In this document: positions 7,060-13,832 of the stretch, one piece after another
Layout of the letters: each line of letters opens with the position of its first letter
How positions within the stretch are numbered: position 1 is the first letter of the stretch
Assembly: GCA_043816835.1 (NCBI GenBank)
Contig: JBDRHJ010000042.1
Coordinates: 1-20,323, forward strand
Reading direction: 5' to 3'
From: Candidatus Omnitrophota bacterium
Lineage (GTDB): Bacteria; Omnitrophota; Gorgyraeia; Gygaellales; JAHJCI01
Length of the DNA stretch: 20,323 nt
Position numbers and translations under genes: made by a program
Notes under the pieces: model-generated
Databases searched by the model: none
The model's input: the letters and a program-made list of their open reading frames with translations, nothing else
Told to the model about the DNA's origin: nothing

Positions 7060-8991
7060 TTAGGTTTTTTGTTCTTCTCGCTGCGCTTGATAACTGCTGA
7101 TAATATCATTAGCGGATTTGGCAGGAACTTGGTCGTAATGCGAGAATTTCATTGTATAACTACCCCGGCCGCCGGTAATCGAACGCAAATCATTGGCATA
7201 AGTAAACATCTGGGCAAGGGGAACCTTGGCCTTTAATGCCTGATTCCTTCCCTTTACTTCCATGCCCATTACTCGTCCGCGCCGGGAATTAAGGTCACCG
7301 GAAATCTGGCCTAAATAATCTTCGGGAATAAATATCTCAACATCCATTATTGGCTCAAGAAGCGCCGGCCCTGCCTCCTGCACTGCTTTCCTTATTGCCA
7401 TTGCCCCGGCAATCTGAAAAGCCATATCAGAAGAATCAACATTATGATAAGAGCCGTCATAAAGGATTACCTGAATATCAACCATCTGGCACCCCGCTAA
7501 AACCCCTTCCTTCATTACCTGCCTGACGCCCTTTTCTACCGAGGGAATAAAATTACGCGGTATCGTCCCGCCGACAATATTATCAACGAATTCGAATTCC
7601 TTGCCCCTTTCTAAAGGCTTTATTTCAATCCAGACATCGCCGTATTGGCCGTGACCGCCGGATTGACGCTTGTGTTTACCCTGAGCCTTAGCGCTCTTGG
7701 TGATTGTTTCCCGATAAGCAACCTTCGGGGTGCCCAAATCAACCTGGACATTAAATCTTTTCTTCAGCCGGTTAATCATTACATCTAAATGCAAATCCCC
7801 GAGTCCGGAAACAATTAACTCCTTAGTCTGAGGATTACGCGATACCTTAAAGGTAAGATCCTCGGCAATAAGTTTGCTTAATGCCTGAGAAATTTTCTCT
7901 TCATCCTGACGGGAATGCGGCTTAACCGAAGCAGAAATCATTGTCTCGGGAAGGACCAACGGGGTAAATTCCACGGGATGTTTTACTTCGGCAATCGAAT
8001 CCTGGGTCCGGGTTTGTTTTAATTTCGGGATTGCCACAATATCACCGCAAACCGCCTGATCAACCGCCTTTTGCTCTTTACCCTGCAACATATAGATTTG
8101 CCCGAAGCGCTCGTTGCTTTTCTGGGTAACATTATAAAAGCTGGTATTGGAATCCAGCTTACCGGAAAAAATACGCAATAAACTTAACTGGCCGACATAA
8201 GGATCAACAATGCTCTTAAAAACAAACCCGGTAAGCGGCGCATCAGCATCAAACTTAATCTCACCCGTGACTTCCAGGGGTGCCCTTTCTAGCGGGGACG
8301 CCAAATAATCCTTAATTGCCTTGAATAAATCATCAATTCCCGCGTCGGTAATTGCTGAGCCTGAAATTATCGGAAATATTTTTGCCTCAACTACCGCCCG
8401 CCGCAAACCCATAGTTACTTCTTCCGGGCTGAGCTTGCCGTCTGCCAGATATTTTTCCAATAACTGATCATCGGTTTCGGCAACTAATTCAACTAATTCA
8501 TCGGGCTTTAAGGCATCTAAAACAACTGCCTTCTCGGAAAGCATTGACTTTATATCAGCAATCGTTTTATTAATCTCAACCCCTTCTTTATCAGTCTTAT
8601 TGATAAAAATAATCCGGGGTATCTTTAATTCATCTAAAAGGCCCCATGCCTTTTCCGTGCCTACCTCAACGCCGGCAAACGCATCAACAACTAAAATCGC
8701 GTTATCGGCTGCGCGAATCCCGGCAATAACCTCGCCAAAAAAATCAGCGTATCCGGGGGTATCGATTATCTGAATCTTAAACCCCTGGTAATCGCAAAAA
8801 AGCAAACTGGAATTAATTGAGTTCTTTTTTTCAATCTCATCCCAGCTATAGTCGCTTACGGTATTGCCTTCAGGAACACTCCCCTTGCGGGTAGTAGCCC
8901 CGCAGCGTGCAATAAGAGATTCAGAAAGCGATGTTTTTCCGGAGTGGGCATGACCAAGAAGAATAATATTTCTTTTATCCTGAATAGGCAT
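7060..8991 (-). CDS. Elongation factor G paralogue (EF-G2-like translational GTPase)
   Basis: 643 aa. Motifs are G1 GHAHSGKTS, G3 DTPGYADF, G4 NKTD and G5 SGSA. Domain IV/V blocks are GGHGQYGDVWIEIKP, YDGSYHNVDSSDMAFQIA and LLEPIMDVEI. AAGGAGG lies 10 nt upstream of the ATG. Confidence 0.88.
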   Translation of the reverse strand: MPIQDKRNIILLGHAHSGKTSLSESLIARCGATTRKGSVPEGNTVSDYSWDEIEKKNSINSSLLFCDYQGFKIQIIDTPGYADFFGEVIAGIRAADNAILVVDAFAGVEVGTEKAWGLLDELKIPRIIFINKTDKEGVEINKTIADIKSMLSEKAVVLDALKPDELVELVAETDDQLLEKYLADGKLSPEEVTMGLRRAVVEAKIFPIISGSAITDAGIDDLFKAIKDYLASPLERAPLEVTGEIKFDADAPLTGFVFKSIVDPYVGQLSLLRIFSGKLDSNTSFYNVTQKSNERFGQIYMLQGKEQKAVDQAVCGDIVAIPKLKQTRTQDSIAEVKHPVEFTPLVLPETMISASVKPHSRQDEEKISQALSKLIAEDLTFKVSRNPQTKELIVSGLGDLHLDVMINRLKKRFNVQVDLGTPKVAYRETITKSAKAQGKHKRQSGGHGQYGDVWIEIKPLERGKEFEFVDNIVGGTIPRNFIPSVEKGVRQVMKEGVLAGCQMVDIQVILYDGSYHNVDSSDMAFQIAGAMAIRKAVQEAGPALLEPIMDVEIFIPEDYLGQISGDLNSRRGRVMGMEVKGRNQALKAKVPLAQMFTYANDLRSITGGRGSYTMKFSHYDQVPAKSANDIISSYQAQREEQKT

Positions 8992-9072
8992 TTTAACTAT
9001 CCTCCTTAATAACCGTCTATGGCTAAAACCAGCTATTATTTATGGATTAATTAAATCAAAGGGTAGATTTCT

Positions 9073-9101
9073 ATTATATGAGGCAGAATTAGCGCGGTCA
9101 A
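9073..9101 (-). promoter_or_regulatory. Sigma70-type promoter for the EF-G2 operon
   Basis: On the minus strand, TTGACC (9101..9096), a 17-nt spacer, then TATAAT (9078..9073). This predicts a 5' UTR of roughly 75 nt. Confidence 0.6.
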
Positions 9102-9217
9102 GCAAAAAAATCCAAAAGATTAGCGAATTTAAAGGTGTTTAACTAAAAATTTGAACAACCGGCCTTAGCCGGCAAATCCATTAACCCCGGAGATTGTTGA
9201 TGCGGATATTGATATCT

Positions 9218-10420
9218 TTATTCCGAATATGTATAAATTTTACCGCGATAGTTGCGTAGGACGTACTTTCCTTTTGCCTGAGAAAGAAGGTAATTTGACC
9301 CTACGGGAATCTTACCCCCGCCCCCCGGGCCGTCAATTACATAGGTAGGCACTGCATAACCGGTAGTGTGGCCGCGCATCTTTTCAATGATGTTTATTCC
9401 CACTGCAACCGGGGTACGAAAATGCTGAGTTCCCTTTACCGGGTCACATTGATAAATATAATAAGGGCGCACGCGAATCTTCAAGAGCTCATGCATAAGT
9501 TTCTTCATAATGTATGGCCGGTCATTTATGCCCTTAAGAAGCACTGTCTGGCTTCCTAATGGAAAGCCGTTATCAGCAAGCATTTCGCAGGCAATCCGGC
9601 AGCGCTTGGTGATTTCCTTAGGATGGTTAAAATGTATGCTTATCCATAAGGGGCTGTATTTCTTGAGCATCTTAATCAGGTCATCGTTTATCCGCTGAGG
9701 CAGGGTTGCCGGAAGACGGGTGCCGATTCTTAAAAACTCAACATGAGAAATAGAACGAACCTTTTTAATCAAATCCTCTAAAACATTATCTTCAAGCATT
9801 AAAGGATCCCCGCCGGATATCAATACATCGCGAATCTTACGGTTGGACTTTATATATTCGATTGCGGCATCCCAGCTATTACTGGCAGGGGCTTTTTTAT
9901 TCTCGCCAACCAGCCTTCTTCGCGTACAGTGGCGGCAATACATGGCGCATTGCTCGGTAGCAAGAAGAAGCACCCGATCGGGATAACGATGAACAAGATG
10001 GGGTGCCGAGGAATCGCGATCCTCAGCACAGGGATCAACCATCTCATGCGGCCCAATTTGCGACTCATATATAGTAGGCACACTCTGACGGCGAATCGGA
10101 CAATGCGCATCCTCGGGATCAATAAGCGTAAGCCAAAAAGGGGTAATTGCCATGCTCATATTGCCGCGCCCCCTTTTTATCCCTTCTGCTTCTTCAGGGG
10201 TAAGCTTTATAATTTGGCTTAATTGGTCAGCTGAATAAATCCGATGTTTTATCTGCCAATGCCAATCTTCCCAATCAAGGGGGTTAACCTCCTTAAATAA
10301 ACTTATCTGCTGATAATCCAACTGCCCCTTTCTTCTTACATAAGGAACAGGCGCAGCAATCACAGATTGAGGATTACCCTCGGGGCTAATGGATATTTTT
10401 TGTGTTTGAATTTCTGCCAT
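9218..10420 (-). CDS. kamA: KamA-family radical-SAM aminomutase (lysine 2,3-aminomutase-like)
   Basis: 400 aa. It has the CAMYCRHCTRRR (CxxxCxxC) cluster motif, then HRYPDRVLLL, SGGDPL, RPYYIYQCDPVKGTQHFRTP and GHTTGYAVPTYVIDGPGGGGKIPV. It aligns throughout with my recollection of Clostridium subterminale KamA. It ends at ...TYSE, so it lacks the C-terminal Cys-rich tail of that enzyme. Confidence 0.88.
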   Translation of the reverse strand: MAEIQTQKISISPEGNPQSVIAAPVPYVRRKGQLDYQQISLFKEVNPLDWEDWHWQIKHRIYSADQLSQIIKLTPEEAEGIKRGRGNMSMAITPFWLTLIDPEDAHCPIRRQSVPTIYESQIGPHEMVDPCAEDRDSSAPHLVHRYPDRVLLLATEQCAMYCRHCTRRRLVGENKKAPASNSWDAAIEYIKSNRKIRDVLISGGDPLMLEDNVLEDLIKKVRSISHVEFLRIGTRLPATLPQRINDDLIKMLKKYSPLWISIHFNHPKEITKRCRIACEMLADNGFPLGSQTVLLKGINDRPYIMKKLMHELLKIRVRPYYIYQCDPVKGTQHFRTPVAVGINIIEKMRGHTTGYAVPTYVIDGPGGGGKIPVGSNYLLSQAKGKYVLRNYRGKIYTYSE

Positions 10421-10461
10421 GGTTTTATATATTTTTAAAACCGCACTCCAAAATTAAGGTA

Positions 10462-11454
10462 TTATAAACTATAGCGCTTAAATGCGCTCCCTAATATTTT
10501 CCCGATCATCTCGGGGTAGGTTATTCCGCCAACCTTAGAAAGCAGCATAAATACGTCCTCGGCAGCCAGGCAAGGCAGGGGATTAATCTCCAAAACATAA
10601 GGATTTCCCTGTTGATCAACCCGGAAATCAACCCGGCCAAAATCACGACAATCTACTGCCTGATAAACCCTGCCTGCCAATTCCTTAAGTTTTTCTTCCA
10701 GGGTTTTATCAATCGGCGCCGGGCAGACATATTCTAATTTATTTGAATAGATATGCCCAAAGGTATAAAATTTATCCCCCAGCTCCAGTTCGCCTTCGAT
10801 TTTTATCTGCACCGGCGTTAAGACCTCGGGCGGTTCATTTCCGACAATTGCCACCGTAAATTCCCTGCCCTTGATAAATTCCTCAACCAATGCCGGTTGT
10901 TTGTATGTATTAATTATATGCGCGCTGCGGTCAATTAATTGATCAAGGTCGCTTACCCGCATACTCGCATCAATGCCCTTAGAAGAACCCTCAAAGCGCG
11001 GCTTAACAATAAGCGGGAATTGAAAATGATCTGTATCAATTAAGGAATTGGCCTCTTTTACTTCAAAAAACCTGGGCGTAGAAATGCCCTCGGAACGAAA
11101 AATCCTCTTTGCCATTAATTTATCCAGGGTAAGCGCCAAGGTTAAGCCGTCCGAACCAACATAAGGAATATTTTTTATCTCAAGGATGATCGGAACCTGT
11201 GATTCGCGGTTTCTCCCGCTTAATCCTTCGGAAATATTAAAAACCATATCAATATCATCAAGCTGCTTAAGGTTTTCGATAAGCGAGAAAATATTGCCGA
11301 TCCTCTTTACCTGATACCCCAGCGAGCTAATCGCCTGTTCGATTAAATCAACTGTAGCCGGCTGGTCGAATTCAGCACTAGCATCGTGAGGATCCCCCTC
11401 TTTAAGCTTATAATCGCTTTTTAAATCAAAACTTAATCCGATAGTCTTAGCCAT
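10462..11454 (-). CDS. ATP-grasp ligase, D-alanine--D-alanine ligase-like family
   Basis: 330 aa. ATP-grasp blocks are FPLIVKPRFEGSSKGI, LVEEFIKGREFTVAIVG and DCRDFGRVDFRVDQQGNPYVLEINPLP. It has a short Ddl-like N-domain. No Shine-Dalgarno sequence is present, and the ATG abuts the U-tract of the upstream terminator. Confidence 0.8.
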   Translation of the reverse strand: MAKTIGLSFDLKSDYKLKEGDPHDASAEFDQPATVDLIEQAISSLGYQVKRIGNIFSLIENLKQLDDIDMVFNISEGLSGRNRESQVPIILEIKNIPYVGSDGLTLALTLDKLMAKRIFRSEGISTPRFFEVKEANSLIDTDHFQFPLIVKPRFEGSSKGIDASMRVSDLDQLIDRSAHIINTYKQPALVEEFIKGREFTVAIVGNEPPEVLTPVQIKIEGELELGDKFYTFGHIYSNKLEYVCPAPIDKTLEEKLKELAGRVYQAVDCRDFGRVDFRVDQQGNPYVLEINPLPCLAAEDVFMLLSKVGGITYPEMIGKILGSAFKRYSL

Positions 11455-11486
11455 AAAATAAAAAAGGGATAGCTTCTGCCTATCCC
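11455..11486 (-). terminator. Intrinsic terminator / attenuator hairpin immediately upstream of the ATP-grasp ATG
   Basis: The minus strand reads GGGATAG-GCAGAAG-CTATCCC (7-bp perfect stem, 7-nt loop), then TTTTTTATTTT, then the ATG at 11454. Confidence 0.65.
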
Positions 11487-11640
11487 TTACCTTAAGTTTA
11501 TTCTGGTTCTTTCAATTTTATTTTCCCACGCCCCCAAGAAACCTATCCGTAGGCTTTGCCAAAACTAATCCGACAAACCTCGTCGGTTTTCTTGAGAACT
11601 TTTTCCTCCTTAAAAATTTCTTACAAGCGTATTCTTACTT
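11487..11640 (-). promoter_or_regulatory. Candidate structured 5' leader RNA (unclassified) of the ATP-grasp/kamA operon
   Basis: This non-coding stretch lies between the candidate promoter and the terminator. It holds an orphan AAGGAGG with no start codon after it. Nested helices are CAAGAAAACC/GGTTTCTTG, CCGAC/GTCGG and GGC/GCC. A second GGATAGG copy could compete for the terminator's 3' arm. Confidence 0.4.
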
Positions 11641-11643
11641 ACC

Positions 11644-11671
11644 TTTTTATCACAAAAAAAAATATTGTCAA
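11644..11671 (-). promoter_or_regulatory. Candidate promoter with TG-extended -10
   Basis: On the minus strand, TTGACA (11671..11666), a 16-nt spacer ending in TGA, then TAAAAA (11649..11644). The -10 hexamer lacks the conserved final T, so confidence is moderate. Confidence 0.45.
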
Positions 11672-11773
11672 GAAAAATTTATATTTCCTCTTTAAAAGAG
11701 GGTAAAATCAGACGGGAAAAAACAATTTAAACTATAGAAGATTATCAGAGAAAGAATGCGGGGGCTTAATATC

Positions 11774-12544
11774 TCAACCCTTTATTTCGATTTCGCCGCC
11801 GCTGGCAAACTTATCATCTAAAATTATTAATGCGCCCGAAATCCCGGGAATTCCCCTGGCAAATTTAACTGCCTTTTCTAAATCAGCGCTTGTTTTAACT
11901 AAATTGCAGGCCGCGGTTGCTACTGCATCCGCTAATGCAGCGTCCTTGGCTTTAATTACCGCGCTATCAGCCTTACCAAAACTTAATGAATGGCCAAAGG
12001 TAGCCGATGATGTACAAATGCCGCAGGGGGTTTGATCCGGCGCAACCAGTAACCTGAGCTTTCCGGAAAATTTCGACTTTCCCGCAAAAATACCGACTAA
12101 GCGGTCCTTTTTTTGTTTAGTTAAAAAAACATCGCCGCCGTTTTCAATAATTACCTGCTCGCAGCCCGCAGACAATAAATCCGCAGCCAGTAATTGAGCA
12201 ACTGCCCCTGCAACCGCAGCCATTGGCCCGACATTAGCTGCCTTAGCTGCCCCTGCCATCTGCTTAATAATATCCGGGGCGCCTGATTCTACGGCTATTG
12301 GCAGGAGGGCGCTAAGAAAACGCTTGTCTTTTGCGGCATAATCCTGGATATCACGGCGTAAATCTATAATCTTTTGCCGAAACCATACTTTTTCAAAAGG
12401 CTTATCAGTTAGAATCGCGAGGTCGGTTTCCCTAACTGCAATATCAGTCTTAATAAAGCCCTCTGCACTTGTCCATTCACGGTAAAATCGTTCCATAATT
12501 AATGATTCCCGACGTATCGTCGGGACGAATTTAGTCCTTGACAT
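11774..12544 (-). CDS. UPF0280 family protein (ApbE-like superfamily)
   Basis: 256 aa. The blocks GPMAAVAGAVA, VIIENGGDVF and ICTSSATFGHSLSFGKADSAV match my recollection of UPF0280/ApbE-like proteins. The ATG at 12544 has AGGAG 4 nt upstream. An alternative start at 12496 (MERFYREW) is possible. Confidence 0.65.
   Translation of the reverse strand: MSRTKFVPTIRRESLIMERFYREWTSAEGFIKTDIAVRETDLAILTDKPFEKVWFRQKIIDLRRDIQDYAAKDKRFLSALLPIAVESGAPDIIKQMAGAAKAANVGPMAAVAGAVAQLLAADLLSAGCEQVIIENGGDVFLTKQKKDRLVGIFAGKSKFSGKLRLLVAPDQTPCGICTSSATFGHSLSFGKADSAVIKAKDAALADAVATAACNLVKTSADLEKAVKFARGIPGISGALIILDDKFASGGEIEIKG
12507..12525. repeat. Perfect 8-bp stem / 3-nt loop hairpin
   Basis: TCCCGACG-TAT-CGTCGGGA. 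It lies inside the first 17 codons of the long form of the UPF0280 ORF. Confidence 0.8.
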
Positions 12545-12580
12545 TTTGCTCCTAAGTTAATATTTCAAAAATGTCAAGGA
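12535..12580. repeat. 13-bp perfect inverted repeat enclosing the UPF0280 Shine-Dalgarno sequence and start codon
   Basis: TCCTTGACATTTT (12535..12547) pairs with AAAATGTCAAGGA (12568..12580). In mRNA sense the 20-nt loop ends in AGGAGC and the 3' arm contains the ATG at 12544. Confidence 0.85.
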
Positions 12581-12587
12581 TTAACTC

Positions 12588-12632
12588 GCGCATATGACTT
12601 ACATCGCACTACGTGCCCTGTAAGTCATGCGC
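12588..12632. repeat. Hairpin 3 nt after the hypE stop, related to the 4492..4526 hairpin
   Basis: GCGC-AT-ATGACTTACA, a 15-nt loop TCGCACTACGTGCCC, then TGTAAGTCAT-GCGC. That is 10 plus 4 bp with a 2-nt bulge. The loop contains a further GCAC/GTGC mini-stem. Confidence 0.8.
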
Positions 12633-12635
12633 TCG

Positions 12636-13667
12636 TCAACATATCCGTGGTAAGGGTTCGGAAGTTAGCATATCCAGGATGCGGTTTGTTCCAACTGCAG
12701 TCTTAAGTATTACCTTGCCGCGGGTTTTAGAAGTTACCTCCCCGATAATTCCTGCGGCTTTTCCTTGCGGGCGTTGCTTCAAATACCTTAACACACCTTC
12801 TGCTAAACCGGGCTCAACAATCAGGATTGCTTTGCCTTCATTAGCAATGTAAAGGGGGTCGATCCCTAACAACTCGCTGGCAGCCTTTATCCGGCTGGCA
12901 AGGGGAACCTTATCCTCATTAATTATAATCCCTAAATTCGCGCCTTCGGCAATCTCATTTAAGGTTGTTGCTAATCCCCCGCGCGTAGGATCGCGCATGA
13001 ATTTTACTGCCTTGTTTTTTTGCAGCAAAGGAATTAATAGATGATTCAGGCTCGCGCAATCGCTCTTAATATTTAAACCAAGATCCACTCCCCGACGCTG
13101 GCTTAATATGCTTAAGCCGTGCTCGGCAATCCCACCAGTAATAATAATCTTATCCCCTGCCTTGATATTTTTTATCTTCAAATTCCGGACCGTCTTACCT
13201 ATACCGGCAGTGTTAATAAATAACTTATCGCAAGCCCCTTTTTCTACTACCTTTAAATCGCCGGCAACTACCTTAACCCCTGCATCCCGGCAAGCCAAAG
13301 AAAGCGAATCAACCACGCGCTTCAACAGGGAAAAATCTAATCCTTCTTCGATAATCAAGGCAAGAGACAAATAAAGGGGTATTGCCCCGGACATCGTTAA
13401 ATCGTTAACCGTACCAAAAACCGCAAGCTTACCGATATCCCCGCCGCGAAAGAATAAAGGGCTCACCACAAAAGAATCGGTAGTAAACGCCAACTGCTTA
13501 TCCTTAAAATCGATCACCGCACTGTCATTTAATTGATTAAGAAGCGGATTGCTGAATTTCGGCAAAATCATATCCTTGATTAAATCATGCATTAATTTAC
13601 CGCCGCTTCCGTGGGCCAGGAGGATTTTTTCACCCTTGGGCCAGGCCGAAAAATTTCTTAGTCTCAT
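12636..13667 (-). CDS. hypE: [NiFe]-hydrogenase maturation protein HypE (carbamoyl dehydratase)
   Basis: 343 aa. The N-terminus is LAHGSGGK. Further blocks are FTTDSFVVSPLFFRGGDIGKLAVFGTVNDL, KLFINTAGIG, MRDPTRGGL and ANEGK. The C-terminal motif EPLPRIC is diagnostic. It is collinear with E. coli HypE as I recall it. Confidence 0.9.
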   Translation of the reverse strand: MRLRNFSAWPKGEKILLAHGSGGKLMHDLIKDMILPKFSNPLLNQLNDSAVIDFKDKQLAFTTDSFVVSPLFFRGGDIGKLAVFGTVNDLTMSGAIPLYLSLALIIEEGLDFSLLKRVVDSLSLACRDAGVKVVAGDLKVVEKGACDKLFINTAGIGKTVRNLKIKNIKAGDKIIITGGIAEHGLSILSQRRGVDLGLNIKSDCASLNHLLIPLLQKNKAVKFMRDPTRGGLATTLNEIAEGANLGIIINEDKVPLASRIKAASELLGIDPLYIANEGKAILIVEPGLAEGVLRYLKQRPQGKAAGIIGEVTSKTRGKVILKTAVGTNRILDMLTSEPLPRIC

Positions 13668-13748
13668 TTTAGTTTTAATTTATAGTACTATGTTAATTTT
13701 TGGCTTTATTTTATTATTTTTAGAAATACTGCTGATTTATCTAGCGCA

Positions 13749-13797
13749 GATCCACACAGATTATCAGTGTGAATCCGTTTTTTATTTGTGTGTATCC
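13749..13797. repeat. Three copies of a GAT-N-CACAC decamer in the AT-rich hypE upstream spacer
   Basis: On the plus strand: GATCCACACA (13749..13758), GTGTGAATCC (13767..13776) and GTGTGTATCC (13788..13797). The first two form an imperfect 9-bp palindrome with a 9-nt spacer. Confidence 0.6.
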
Positions 13798-13832
13798 ATG
13801 AAAAAAAATGTGTTTTAACAGGCTGCTTTAAT

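Noticed and set aside
9159-9172. Hairpin CCGGC-TAAG-GCCGG downstream of kamA as its terminator
   Set aside because: The stem is only 5-6 bp and the U-run starts about 10 nt later, after GTTGTTCAAA. That is too weak to call, so read-through into the EF-G2 operon is possible.
6676-10222. Nested or antisense ORFs in the ychF-like, EF-G2 and kamA genes (6676..6903, 7051..7236, 9368..9559, 9510..9698, 9850..10122, 9929..10222)
   Set aside because: These are alternative-frame products of well-supported genes, with no independent signals.
11487-11640. Lysine (L-box) or other known riboswitch upstream of the kamA operon
   Set aside because: An L-box would be attractive given the aminomutase. By eye, though, none of the conserved L-box, glycine, SAM, T-box or ykkC core sequences is present. 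I therefore report the region only as an unclassified leader, and an Rfam scan is needed.
11682-11697. Hairpin CCTCTT-TTA-AAGAGG downstream of UPF0280 as a terminator
   Set aside because: The stem is 6 bp and AT-rich, the loop is only 3 nt, and no adjacent U-tract follows. It is not convincing.
12613-13818. Plus-strand ORFs 12613..12852, 13108..13374 and 13549..13818
   Set aside because: The first two are antisense to hypE. The third runs from the hypE antisense strand into an AT-rich spacer and encodes a hydrophobic low-complexity peptide typical of AT-rich noise.
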